Part shown: one piece after another, positions 8,667 to 18,595 of the stretch
Position numbering within the stretch: position 1 is the stretch's first letter
Layout of the letters: each line of letters opens with the position of its first letter
NCBI GenBank assembly: GCA_965199715.1
Contig: OZ241322.1
Coordinates: 1,088,001-1,152,000, forward strand
Source of the DNA: Vicinamibacteria bacterium
GTDB taxonomy: Bacteria; Acidobacteriota; Vicinamibacteria; Marinacidobacterales; Marinacidobacteraceae
Reading direction: 5' to 3'
Length of the DNA: 64,000 bases
The notes under the pieces: model-generated
Seen by the model: the letters and a program-made list of their open reading frames with translations, nothing else
Databases searched by the model: none
What the model was told of the DNA's origin: nothing
Made by a program: the position numbers and the translations under genes

Positions 8667-9938
8667 GTGAAGCGCGGCACGCTGCTGGCGCTCGGCCTCG
8701 CGGCCGCGGTCGGGGGCTGGATCGCGCTGTTCGAGCGCGGCGAGCCCGACGCCGGGAACGACGACGCCGTCTTCGGGGTCGAGGTCGCGGACGTGGATGC
8801 GGTGCTGCTGGTTCGGCCCGGGGAGGCGGACGTCCGGCTGACCCGGGGCGGCGACGGGTTCACGGTCCGCGAGGGCGACGGTGAGCCGGCGCCGGCGGAT
8901 CCGGCGGAGGCGGACGAGCTCCTCCAGAACGTGGCGTCGCTGGCGTCCGGCCGCACGCTCGCCGGCGACGCGGCCGAGTTCGGGCTGGATCCGCCGGCGC
9001 TGTCGATCGCGGTCGTCGTCGGGGACGAGACCCTGACGGCCGCCCTCGGCGACGAGACGCTGACCGGCGGCAACCGCTACCTGCGCTTCGGGGACGCGCT
9101 CATGGTCACGCCCGAACGGGCGTTTCGGAACTTCGACCGGAGCGCGTGGGATCTGCGCGACCGCCGGGTGTTCCGGGGCGACCCGTCGGCGCGGGGGCTG
9201 CGGGTCGAGGCGGACGGCGCGCGAGCGGCGATGACCCGGGACGGCGGCGACTGGACCGTCACCGAGCCGTTCCGGCTGCGCGCCGATCCGTTCTCGGCGG
9301 CGCAACTCGCCGCGAACCTCCTCGACCTGCGGATGACCGCGCTCGCCCAAGGGGACGGCGACTTCGGATTCGCGACGCCCCGGCTCGCCGCGGAGATCAC
9401 GCTGGCCCGGGGCGAGGAGGTCGAGGCCCGGACCGTGGTCTTCGGCGCGGACCGGCCGCCAGGGGTGTTCGCGAGGGTGGAGGGCGATCCGCTCGTGTTC
9501 GTCGTGGCCGAAGAACCGGTGGAAGCGCTCGAGGAGGCGGCGCGCGACGGCCTCGAGTCGGTCCGCTCGCTGCGGCTCTTCGGGTTTTCGGTGTGGGACG
9601 TGGACGAGGCCCGCTTCGGCGAGACCGAGTTCGCGCGCAGCGAGACCGCCGAGGGAACCGAGTGGACGCTGGGCGGCGAGCCGGTGGACGCGAGCGCGGT
9701 GGAGGATCTGCTCTACCGGCTCAACTCGACCGACGCCGACGCGGTCGGCGACGAACCCGGCGACAGCGAGCCCGACTGGGTGCTGCGCGTCGGCGACGAG
9801 GAGGTGACGGTGCGCGTGGGCGAGGACGAGGTCCTGGCGCACCGGGCGGGCGACGAGCGGACGCTCGCGCTGTCGCGGGCGACGTGGGACGGAATCGTGG
9901 GGTTGCTGGAGGCCGCGTCCCGCCCGGCGGAGGAGTAG
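8667..9938 (+). CDS. DUF4340-type periplasmic protein
   Basis: N-terminal TM, repeated FGLDPP/FGFATP units, DLRDRRVF; follows gldG-like gene as is usual for this family. Confidence 0.75.
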   Translation: MKRGTLLALGLAAAVGGWIALFERGEPDAGNDDAVFGVEVADVDAVLLVRPGEADVRLTRGGDGFTVREGDGEPAPADPAEADELLQNVASLASGRTLAGDAAEFGLDPPALSIAVVVGDETLTAALGDETLTGGNRYLRFGDALMVTPERAFRNFDRSAWDLRDRRVFRGDPSARGLRVEADGARAAMTRDGGDWTVTEPFRLRADPFSAAQLAANLLDLRMTALAQGDGDFGFATPRLAAEITLARGEEVEARTVVFGADRPPGVFARVEGDPLVFVVAEEPVEALEEAARDGLESVRSLRLFGFSVWDVDEARFGETEFARSETAEGTEWTLGGEPVDASAVEDLLYRLNSTDADAVGDEPGDSEPDWVLRVGDEEVTVRVGEDEVLAHRAGDERTLALSRATWDGIVGLLEAASRPAEE

Positions 9939-9945
9939 GCGGGGG

Positions 9946-10338
9946 TCAGACCGGCGGGAAGAGGATCCGGCGAAATGTCGCGGTCGCGTAGCGGGTCGCC
10001 TCGTAGCGCTGGATCTGCTGCTGCGCGAGATCGAGACGGTCAGCGAGGTCTTTCCGGCTCAGGCCGGCGGCGATCCGCGCCTTGTCGAGGGCGTCCCCGA
10101 ATTCCGCGAGCGAGCTCGTCGGAATCCGCCCGAGGTTGGCGGAGCCGAGGCCCTCGTGCTCGCCCAGCTCCCTTCGAAGGTCGGCCGGAACGCTCTCCAT
10201 TCCCTCGCCTTCGGCTCGCAGCCACCGCGGATGGACGTCGGCGCGCTCGGGGGCGAAGGCGTGGAACTCCCGGATCGCCCGCTCGATCCGCCGCGCTTGG
10301 GTCCGGGTGATCCAGTACTGGCGCTGGTTCGCGATCAC
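9946..10338 (-). CDS. XRE-type HTH regulator/antitoxin, apparently 3'-truncated
   Basis: IANQRQYWIT N-terminus and ARIAAGLSRKDLADRLDLAQQQIQRYEATRY HTH; GGAGGG RBS before GTG; ends abruptly inside the HTH region. Confidence 0.65.
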   Translation of the reverse strand: MIANQRQYWITRTQARRIERAIREFHAFAPERADVHPRWLRAEGEGMESVPADLRRELGEHEGLGSANLGRIPTSSLAEFGDALDKARIAAGLSRKDLADRLDLAQQQIQRYEATRYATATFRRILFPPV

Positions 10339-10688
10339 GAGACGCCCTCCAGTCGGACGCGCACGACGCCCGACGAATGCAGGTGCGCCGACGACGGCGA
10401 GCGCAGTTTGCTGGCCGGTCAGGCTCGCCCGCAGGTCGTCGGCGCCGATGCGCGGGCGCCCGGGGCGTTCGGCCGGTCGAATCTGGCTCTCGTAATGGGC
10501 GGCCTCGCGACCGCCTTCGAATACCCGGTAGCGAACCTCCGCGTCACCGGTCGCGACGGCGATGATCGCGACGACGACTTCGGGCCTGGCGCGGAGCGTC
10601 GGGCATGGGAATCCGCGGGAGGTTATCCGAGAGATCGGACATTTTCCGTCACGCTTTCCAAGAAACGGCTGGTAACCTCGCGCCCCGC

Positions 10689-13673
10689 ATGGACAGTCCG
10701 GTCAAGGAGCACCACGAGCTACAGCCGATCCTCCACTCCCCCTACGACGAGCCCGACCGGCACTGGAAGCTGGTCGATCACCAGACGACCGGGGACATCG
10801 TCGATCGCCGCCGGCCCGCCGAGGAGCGCGCCCCGACCCGGCGGCGCCGGCAGAAGGCGCTGCTCGGGGACGACCAGGTGGGCGAGACCGGAACGACGCC
10901 CAGCCCCATCGACAACTTGCGCGCGGAGGTTCGAGAGTGGCGCCGCGCGCAGTGGCCGGGGGTCACCGGAAACACCCGCCGGCTGCTCGAGTACTGGGCG
11001 CGTCCGCCGGGCGAAGGGGCGTACCACAGCCCCTTCTTCGCCCAGCGCGAGGCCGTCGAGACGGTCGTGTACCTCACCGAGGCAGCCGACTCGAACCATG
11101 AGTGCGTGCGGCGCCTGAAGAAGCTCGGCGACGACTGGAGCGGGGGCCTCACCCGGCTCGCGATCCGCATGGCCACCGGCACCGGCAAGACCACGGTCAT
11201 GGCGATGCTGATCGCCTGGTACGCGGTCAACCGCCGCGCGGAGCACCGGGCGGGACGCGGACTCGCGCGCAACGTCGGCATCCTCGTCGTCATCGCCCCC
11301 GGCCGGACGATCTCGGGCCAACTTCGCCGCCGGCTCGACCCGCGCCGCGGCGACAGCCTGTACGACTCGGGCCGCCTGCTGCCGCGGGATCTGCGGCCCC
11401 GGCTCAACAACCTCCGGGTGACCGTCCTGAACTTCGAGAAGCTCCGGCCCCGCCCGGCCGTGGGACTGCGCTCCATCGAGATCGAGGGCAAGGAGGCCAT
11501 CGGCTGGGCGCGGGCCGAGGAGACGGCCGAAGTCCCCGAGACCTACGACCAGCTCTGGGACCGGCTGCTCGGCCGCGTGGACCCGCGGCACGGCGACCGG
11601 GTCGTGGTCCTGAACGACGAGGCCCACCACTGCTGGGAGCGCAAGGCGGGCGCGAAGAAGCGGCGCGACGGCAGCGACCAGGGGGTCTGGATGGAGGCCA
11701 TCCACGCGCTGGACGACCACCCGCGGTTCCGCGTCGCGCAGGCCATCGACCTGAGCGCCACGCCGTTCTTCATCGACCCGGCCAACACCCACGTTCCCCC
11801 GGACACGAGGATCCCGCGGCGGGATCCGCTGGTTCCGTGGATCGTGAGCGAGTTCGCGCTCACCGAGTCCATGGAGGCCGGCCTCGTCACGATCCCCACC
11901 CCGCCGCGGAAGACCGACGCCGCGGAGCCGGACGCGCTCCAGAACCTGTACGAGGACAACGGCGGCCGCAGCCTCGACTCCGCCGCGAACCGGAAGAAGG
12001 TGCTGAACGCGGCGCGCCTGCTCTACTCCGACTACGAGGCCACTTTCAGGGCGTGGAAGGAGCAGGGCGACCCCTCGATCGGGCGTCCGGTGCTCATCGT
12101 CATCGTGAACTCGAAGAAGAACGCGCGGGCGATGCTCGACATGCTGGGCGGCGCCCGCCGGGGGACCGAGGACGCCTGGGACATGCCGTCGGGGTTCGAT
12201 CTGCTCTCCAACGTGCCCCACAACGGCGCGACCGAGCAGGAGTGCCTCGCGCGGCCCGCCCGGACCATCCTCGTGTACAGCAAGGGCCAGGGCGCGGTCG
12301 AGAAGAGCGCCGACAGCCGCTTCGACCAGGGCGCGATCGGCGTCGAGGAGGTCAAGGACAGTCGCAAGCTGGAGGAGATCCTGCAGACGGTCGCCGAGCC
12401 GGGCCGCCCCGGCCAGCACGTGCGCTGCGTCGTGAGCATCGGCATGCTGACGGAGGGCTGGGACTGCCAGCGGGTCACCCACATCCTCGGCTACCGCAAG
12501 TTCGGCAGCCAGTTGCTGTGCGAGCAGACCACCGGGCGGGCGCTGCGGCGCCACGACTACGAGAACCGGATCGAGGTTCGCCGAAGCGACGACGGGAACG
12601 TGACCGAGCGGTTCGAGGCGACGTACGCGACGGTGCTGGGCGTGCCGTTCAAGAACTTCGGCCCGCCGCCGGGGCCGACCCCCGGAGTCGTCAAGCCGCG
12701 CCGCACGGTCCGCGCGGTCGAGGAGCGCCGGATCAGCCATCGCATCCGGGTTCCCGACCTGTGCGACTACAAGCTCGTCCACGACACGCCGACGATCAAG
12801 CTGGATCCCGACCGGGTGGGCGCGGCCAAGCTGGCCTCGAGCGGCGACCGGATCGAGATCACCTGGGCGAAGTGCCGCGGGCCGTTCGGCAAGGAGCGCG
12901 TGCTCAAGGCGGCTCCCGCCGGACGGCCGGACGCGGGGGCGTGGAAGCTGGCCGCCGATCTCGCGACCTGGCTCACGAGGCGTCGGAGCGACGACCTGCG
13001 CAGCGGCCGCCTCTTCGCGTCCTGCCTCGTCGCCGTGAGGGCGTGGCTCGCCCACGGGAAGGTCGAATGCGAGCGGCCCGAGGCGCTTCTCCACGACGAC
13101 GTCCGGCAGGAGGCGCTCCACCAGATCCTGCACGCGGTCGTGGACGACCGCGACGCGCCGATCCAGAAGGTCGGAATCGCGACCGACCCCAAGGCGCTGC
13201 GCCGCTCGGCGGGCGACTGGGGGCCGTTCCAGACCACGCTGACCAACGTCGCGGAGGTCGGCAACTCGGAACTCGACCTCGCCGCCTGCCACAACCATTT
13301 CGAGACCAGGATCGTGCGAGCGCTCGACAAGCACCCCAGGGTCGCCGCGGTCGTGCGCAACCACGGCCCCGAGCGGTTCGAGATCCCATACCGCAGCGGC
13401 GGACGGTGGGCGCGGTACGTCCCTGACTTCATCGTCCGCGCCGAGCCGATCGACGGGGTCACGCCGCACCTGATCGTCGAGGGCAAGGGGCCGCGGGACG
13501 GAAAGGCGGCGGACAAGGCGGCGTGGACGAGGGAGTGGTGGGTTCCCGCCGCGAATCACGCCGCCCGCGACGAGGGCGAGCCGGAGGCCCGATGGGGCTA
13601 TCTCGAGATCCGATCGCTCGAACGTCTCGACCAGCAGATCGAGGCGGGCGTCCGGAGGACCGCAGCGTCATGA
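10689..13673 (+). CDS. Type III-like restriction endonuclease subunit (SF2 helicase + PD-(D/E)xK nuclease; BPTD_3080-like)
   Basis: FAQREAVET, MATGTGKT, LNDEAHHC, DLSATP, MLTEGWD, QLLCEQTTGRALRR, C-terminal YVPDFIV...IVEGKG. Alternative start at 10605. Confidence 0.9.
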   Translation: MDSPVKEHHELQPILHSPYDEPDRHWKLVDHQTTGDIVDRRRPAEERAPTRRRRQKALLGDDQVGETGTTPSPIDNLRAEVREWRRAQWPGVTGNTRRLLEYWARPPGEGAYHSPFFAQREAVETVVYLTEAADSNHECVRRLKKLGDDWSGGLTRLAIRMATGTGKTTVMAMLIAWYAVNRRAEHRAGRGLARNVGILVVIAPGRTISGQLRRRLDPRRGDSLYDSGRLLPRDLRPRLNNLRVTVLNFEKLRPRPAVGLRSIEIEGKEAIGWARAEETAEVPETYDQLWDRLLGRVDPRHGDRVVVLNDEAHHCWERKAGAKKRRDGSDQGVWMEAIHALDDHPRFRVAQAIDLSATPFFIDPANTHVPPDTRIPRRDPLVPWIVSEFALTESMEAGLVTIPTPPRKTDAAEPDALQNLYEDNGGRSLDSAANRKKVLNAARLLYSDYEATFRAWKEQGDPSIGRPVLIVIVNSKKNARAMLDMLGGARRGTEDAWDMPSGFDLLSNVPHNGATEQECLARPARTILVYSKGQGAVEKSADSRFDQGAIGVEEVKDSRKLEEILQTVAEPGRPGQHVRCVVSIGMLTEGWDCQRVTHILGYRKFGSQLLCEQTTGRALRRHDYENRIEVRRSDDGNVTERFEATYATVLGVPFKNFGPPPGPTPGVVKPRRTVRAVEERRISHRIRVPDLCDYKLVHDTPTIKLDPDRVGAAKLASSGDRIEITWAKCRGPFGKERVLKAAPAGRPDAGAWKLAADLATWLTRRRSDDLRSGRLFASCLVAVRAWLAHGKVECERPEALLHDDVRQEALHQILHAVVDDRDAPIQKVGIATDPKALRRSAGDWGPFQTTLTNVAEVGNSELDLAACHNHFETRIVRALDKHPRVAAVVRNHGPERFEIPYRSGGRWARYVPDFIVRAEPIDGVTPHLIVEGKGPRDGKAADKAAWTREWWVPAANHAARDEGEPEARWGYLEIRSLERLDQQIEAGVRRTAAS

Positions 13674-16247
13674 GCAAGACCCCGGACGCCTGGGAGCACG
13701 GCGGCAAGCGCCCGAACAACCCCACCCAGGAAATCGTGGAGACCGCGAAGCCGCGGCGGAGCCGCCAGCACGCGAAGGACGTCCGGGCGCGCAGCGACGC
13801 CGAGCCCACGCTGCGCTGGAAGCGCTCCCGCGAGACGAAGACCGCGGCCGCGCCGATGCTCATGCGGGCCGAGCAGATCGACCCCGAGGCGTGGGTCACG
13901 ACCCTGAAGCGGGTGCGCGAGCAGGGCGACCTGTTCGCCCCGTTCAACGCCTTCCGGGAGCCCGGATCGGCGACGCTCGACTGGTACCAGCACGCCGGCA
14001 ACTGGTCGAACCGGCTCATCCACGCCGACGCCCGGCGGGCGATGGCGTCGCTGCTGGAGCACGAGCACGCCGCCGGCTCGGTGCAGATGTGCTTCTTCGA
14101 TCCGCCCTACGGCATGGACTTCGACGCAAGGTTCGGCAACGACACGATCCAGCGGCGGGCGTTCGTGGACACCTACGAGAAGGGCGTCCACTCGTATCTC
14201 GACGGAATCCGCGAGACCGCGATCCTCGCCCGGGAGCTGCTGACCGAATCGGGCAGCCTGTTCATGCAGATCGGCGACGTGAACGTCCACCGCTGCGCGA
14301 TGGTGCTGGACGAGGTGTTCGGGCCGGAGAACCGGGTGACGACGATCACGATGGCGACGACCGGCGGCGGCAGCAGCACCAAGTCGATCGCGAAGGCGGG
14401 CGACTACCTCCTCTGGTACGCGAAGGACCGCGAGGAAATGGCCTTCCAGGCGCTCTACGAGGAGCAGGACGTCGAGGCGTGGTGCGATGGCCAGACTTTT
14501 GCGGGGGGGGGGGGATTTCCCTGATGGAACGCGTCGAGCGCTGAGGCCCGAGGAGCGGCGAGACCCAAAGCGGAATCTCCCGGAAGGCACTGTCCTTTGG
14601 GCGATGCGAACGTTGTTGTCGCAGGGGCCTTCCAGCGGCGAACAGGGCCAACCGTTCACGTGGAACGGAATTCAGTTCGGCCCGCGAGGACTCGAAAAGG
14701 ACCAGTGGCGTGTGGATCGCGCCGGCCTCGAGGCCCTCGCCACTGCAGATCGCTTCTGGACAGCGGTGAAGCCAGGGACCCAGACGGCGCGAGCCGCTCA
14801 ACTCCAGCTACGGATTCTTAGGTCGGAAATGGCGGGCCGACGCCTCAACAACGTCTGGGCCCGGCAGATCGCCGCGACCGACAAGCGTTATCCCGTCCAG
14901 ACGGGGGATCTCGCCATCCAGCGCTGCATGCTGATGACGACCAAGCCGGGCGACCTCGTGCTCGATCCGACCGGTGGCAGCGGCACGACGGCGGTGGTCG
15001 CCGAGGAGTGGGGCCGGCGCTGGATCGCGATCGACAGTTCCCGGGAGAGCCTCGCCGTCGCCCGGGAGCGCGTGCTCGTGCGCGAGTACCCGGCGCATCT
15101 CCTGATCGGAAGCGCCGCCGGGTTCGCCCGGGAGAACGCGCTGCGCCACGCCGCGGGTCAGGAGCCGCTCGCCGGGCGGCCCCACGGCTCCCGCGATCCC
15201 GCCACCGGGATCGTCGTGGGCCGGACGCCCTACGTGAGCGCCGCCACGCTCGCCTACCGGGACCGGCCCGACAAGGCCCGAACGCGCGACGTCACGTGGT
15301 TCGCGGACCGTCCCGACGGCGGCAAGAAGGGCGGCCGGATCGCGAGCCGGTTCACCGTCGAGACCGAGCACCTCGAGCAATACCGCAGCCCCGAGGAGCT
15401 TCTCAGCCCCCGCGAGCGGCGTCGGCAGGCGGACTGGAACGAGCGCGTCCTGCGCATGCTCGGCGACAAGGGCGTCGGCTCGAACGAGGGAACCCGCTGG
15501 ACGCTCGAGGACATCGAGAACGTCGCCGACCGGCAACCCGAGAGCCGCCCCGGCGCGATCAGCCACCGCTGCCGTCTGATCGACCACGCCACCGGCGCGG
15601 CGAAGGACTGCGTCATCGCCATCTGGCCGCAGGACGCCAAGGTCGGCGTGGGCAACATCCAGCGCAACGTCCGCGAGGCGATCAGCCAGCACGTCGGCGG
15701 CGACGACCTCGCGCTGATCGTCGTGGGCGCGGAGATCGACGGCGGCTCGCACCAGTCGCTCGACGGCGGCCGGTGGCAAATCCCCGTCGCCCGCATCGAG
15801 GCGGGGGCCGAGCTGCATCTGAAGGAGACCCGGCGCAAGGCCGGCGACTCCGAGTCGGCGCTGCTTCTGGTCGCGGAGCCGGACGTGGAGGTCGAGGACG
15901 CCGGCGACGGGAAGCGCCGGGTCGCCGTCAAGGGCTGGCACCAGTTCAACCCGGTGACCGGCGAGTCGGACTTCTACGCCGCCGACCACATCCGCATGTG
16001 GCTGCTGGACACCGACTACAACGGGACCGAATTCTGCGCCCGCCGCATCCACCTAAGCGCGAAGCTGCGCGCGAAGGAGAACCGGAAGGTGCTCCAGAGG
16101 GTCCTCGGGCGCAAGGGCGACCCGGACGCGATCCGCGCGGTGTTCGGCTCCCGCAGCGAACCGTTCCCCGCGCCCGAGCAGGGCGAGATCGCCGTGCGCC
16201 TGATCGTCGGGAACGGGAGCGTCCTGAGCTGGCACGGCCCGGCTTAG
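13670..16247 (+). CDS. Site-specific DNA methyltransferase (type III Mod-like, beta class), frameshifted at a G12 tract
   Basis: The 5' part 13670-14524 has WSNRLIHAD and FFDPPYG; the 3' frame has RYPVQT, PGDLVLDPTGGSGTTAVVAEEWGRRWIAID and WLLDTDYNG. Removing one G at 14503-14514 joins both into an 858-aa ORF. ATGA overlap with res. Confidence 0.88.
14503..14514 (+). repeat. Poly-G homopolymer (G12) inside the methyltransferase gene
   Basis: Sequence reads ACTTTTGC-G12-ATTTCCCTGA; it is the longest homopolymer noticed in the window. Confidence 0.95.
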
Positions 16248-16309
16248 GGCCGGGAGCCTCGCCGCCCTTCTTCACGCCTACAGTTTGACAATCCGGGTAA
16301 CCTTCCGGT

Positions 16310-17056
16310 GTGGCTGCGACGACGCGAAGCTTCCAAGGCGGCGCAGTGACGGACCCGGCCCGCCCCGTCGACGACAGCGGCTCTGGATTCGAACTCATTG
16401 AGCTGTCAGTGGTTTTCGCAACCACGTCGAACAACCCGTCAATCATCAATCCGGATTTTCTCGCTCGCGCCGGAATCGTGGGCGAGGACTCGCCACTTAG
16501 CGGTGACCCCATCACTACTCCGGTGTTCTCACTGGTGAAGTACCAAACAGGCCTCGCCGTGCAAGCCGATCCTGAACGGGTCGTGTTGACGGAATCCCCG
16601 AATACTGGGAACCGGGTTGGCGCCCGGTGCGCACGGATGGCGTCGACATACGCGCAGGCGGTCCCGCACGTGGCGTACCGAGGAATCGGCGTCAATCCGA
16701 AGTTCTTTTTCCACCTCGTCCCGACAGTTCAGGCGGAGATGGCCCGACTGCTGCATGAGCGCGGCGGTTGGCTGGAGTTCAAGGATTGCGAACCCACGGT
16801 GCAGCTCAAGGCGGTTTACGCACTCGACGCTCGCCAGATCACTGTCGATGCGAGCGCCGCCACAAGACGCTTGGGGCAAGGGGCCGAGCAGCGCGGTTTG
16901 CTAGTCCAGTGCAACGTGCACCGGGAGCTCACCGGTGACGCCGAGGAGCGGGCAGACGCCATGGCAACGATTCTTGAGCGGTGGGAGCGCGACATGAAGG
17001 ACTGCCGAGAAGTGGCGCGGCGCTTCGCCGGTCGCCTTCAGCAGGAGGCCCAGTGA
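16310..17056 (+). CDS. Hypothetical protein (cassette gene 1; possibly TIGR04255-like)
   Basis: Globular 248-aa ORF with NNPSIINPDFL and PHVAYRGIGVNP motifs; AT-richer codons; stop overlaps the next start (GTGA). The start may be the GTG near 16337. Confidence 0.7.
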   Translation: MAATTRSFQGGAVTDPARPVDDSGSGFELIELSVVFATTSNNPSIINPDFLARAGIVGEDSPLSGDPITTPVFSLVKYQTGLAVQADPERVVLTESPNTGNRVGARCARMASTYAQAVPHVAYRGIGVNPKFFFHLVPTVQAEMARLLHERGGWLEFKDCEPTVQLKAVYALDARQITVDASAATRRLGQGAEQRGLLVQCNVHRELTGDAEERADAMATILERWERDMKDCREVARRFAGRLQQEAQ

Positions 17057-17826
17057 ACGAGACGCCGCTCCAGTCGCCAACGAAACGCCGACTGGTCGCA
17101 ACCACGGCTCTCCTGACGGGAGATTTCGGCGAACGCGCTGACGCGACCAGGCCGCCAAGCTTCCCTGAGGAGGCCTTCTTGGCGGCGGAGGTGCGTGTCC
17201 CCTACGTCGTGCGTGCCGACCGAGTCCTGGTGCGGCGGGGTGGGCAGAATGCGACTTCGAGTATGCATGAGAATTTTTGGGCGGGGCTCGTTTCGTCCGG
17301 CAGTGCCGTCGGCGAGTTCGATAGCCCACTGCGCGAGTTCCACACCAACACCCTGAAGCCGGCGTTGAACGTTCTCACGCTTCTGGCACTCGTCAAGGCA
17401 ACCCAAGCCGAGCACACCCGCGGCATGGCCGGAATGCCGGACGCCACCGCCGCTCCGGACGCGAACGCGGACCTGCGAGCCGCCCTGATCGACCTTGATG
17501 AAGCGTCGGACGAGGCGCGAGAGGAAGGGTTCCCAGCGCTTTCCGAGAGGGCTCTAGGCGACGCCAGACGCCTGCTGAAGGACCTCTACCGTATGCACCC
17601 TTGCCGACTTGAGGTCTATCCGACGCCCGATGCCGAGATCGCTCTCGTGGCGCCCGGCGGGGACGATAGATCCGTGATGGTGTTGTGCGCTTCGGATGGC
17701 GGCGCTCTATGCACAGTCAACATTGACGGGAGACTCCGATACGCACGGTACCCAAGCGCCGCCAGGCTCCCGGACGGCTTTGTCCGTGAAGGCATGCGGG
17801 ACTTGGTCCGAGCGAGATCGCATTGA
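17053..17826 (+). CDS. Hypothetical protein (cassette gene 2)
   Basis: AGGAGG RBS then GTG at 17053; C-terminal domain EEGFPALSERALGDARRLL...EVYPTPDAEIAL. Confidence 0.65.
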   Translation: MNETPLQSPTKRRLVATTALLTGDFGERADATRPPSFPEEAFLAAEVRVPYVVRADRVLVRRGGQNATSSMHENFWAGLVSSGSAVGEFDSPLREFHTNTLKPALNVLTLLALVKATQAEHTRGMAGMPDATAAPDANADLRAALIDLDEASDEAREEGFPALSERALGDARRLLKDLYRMHPCRLEVYPTPDAEIALVAPGGDDRSVMVLCASDGGALCTVNIDGRLRYARYPSAARLPDGFVREGMRDLVRARSH

Positions 17827-18254
17827 CGCAGGCGCCGACGGCGATCCATGCCGCTGAGCAGCTTGGACGCGGGGTTTTCTCCGCCAAGGACGCGAAGCGG
17901 GCTGCCCGTTCCAAGATTCCACATCGGGTGTTCCTTACGAAGCCCGGGGTTGTACGCATTTCAGTAGACAGGCTGAATTTGGCTTCCGCGTCGGAAATCG
18001 TCACACTGGCCATCGACCGGGCCGAGAATCGACCGGGACGATTCCATGGCTGGGCCGTCTTGAGCGTGGACAAGGCGATCCGCAAGGGGCGACGCGTCGA
18101 GTCCACACCGGCAGAGGGAAATCCGCATCACGCCGACATCGTGCTTCCCGATCCCGCACGCGAGGATCGGGACGCTCAGATCGCACACGCGAGGGATATG
18201 GCTGACGCATCGAATTGGAAGCCGCGACCTGAAGCGACTTCAAGAGACTCGTGA
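17823..18254 (+). CDS. Hypothetical protein (cassette gene 3; possible ADP-ribosyltransferase-like fold)
   Basis: 143 aa, TTGA overlap with gene 2; EQLGRGVF...ISVDR...GWAVL...GNPHHADI pattern. Confidence 0.65.
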   Translation: MTQAPTAIHAAEQLGRGVFSAKDAKRAARSKIPHRVFLTKPGVVRISVDRLNLASASEIVTLAIDRAENRPGRFHGWAVLSVDKAIRKGRRVESTPAEGNPHHADIVLPDPAREDRDAQIAHARDMADASNWKPRPEATSRDS

Positions 18255-18355
18255 TTCACGCTCGCGAGTGATAGCGGCCACGGCTGTCCTCAAGCGGGCA
18301 CCGGAAAAGCAGGACCGGGTTCTGCGCCCGTCGCAAGCGACGACCGACCACGGCG

Positions 18356-18595
18356 TCACGGCCCCTCGTCGCGCTTCTCTCGAAAGAACTCCCCGGCGGG
18401 CTGTCCGAGCGAGGGCATCGTGGCCCGGAAGCGCGCCAGATCTTCAACCGCCACGGGTTTCTTGGGGCGAGCTACGGCGGTGAGTCTCGCCACAGTCTTG
18501 CCCCGCCGCGTGATCAGAATGTCCTCACCGGCCTCAACGCGGTTCACGATCTCGCTGAGACGAGCCCTCGCGGCGGAAACGCTGATGGTCGTCAC
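18356..18595 (-). CDS. Phd/YefM family antitoxin (copy A)
   Basis: TTISVSAARARLSEIVNRVEAGEDILITRRGKTVARL. Confidence 0.88.
   Translation of the reverse strand: MTTISVSAARARLSEIVNRVEAGEDILITRRGKTVARLTAVARPKKPVAVEDLARFRATMPSLGQPAGEFFREKRDEGP

Noticed and set aside
5551-9938. Gliding motility interpretation of the GldA/F/G-like genes
   Set aside because: This ABC module with a DUF4340 partner is widespread in non-gliding bacteria, and no motility or T9SS genes are present.
16285-16290. Perfect TTGACA hexamers at 16285 and 19721
   Set aside because: No -10 element at a 16-18 bp spacing, so promoters cannot be supported.
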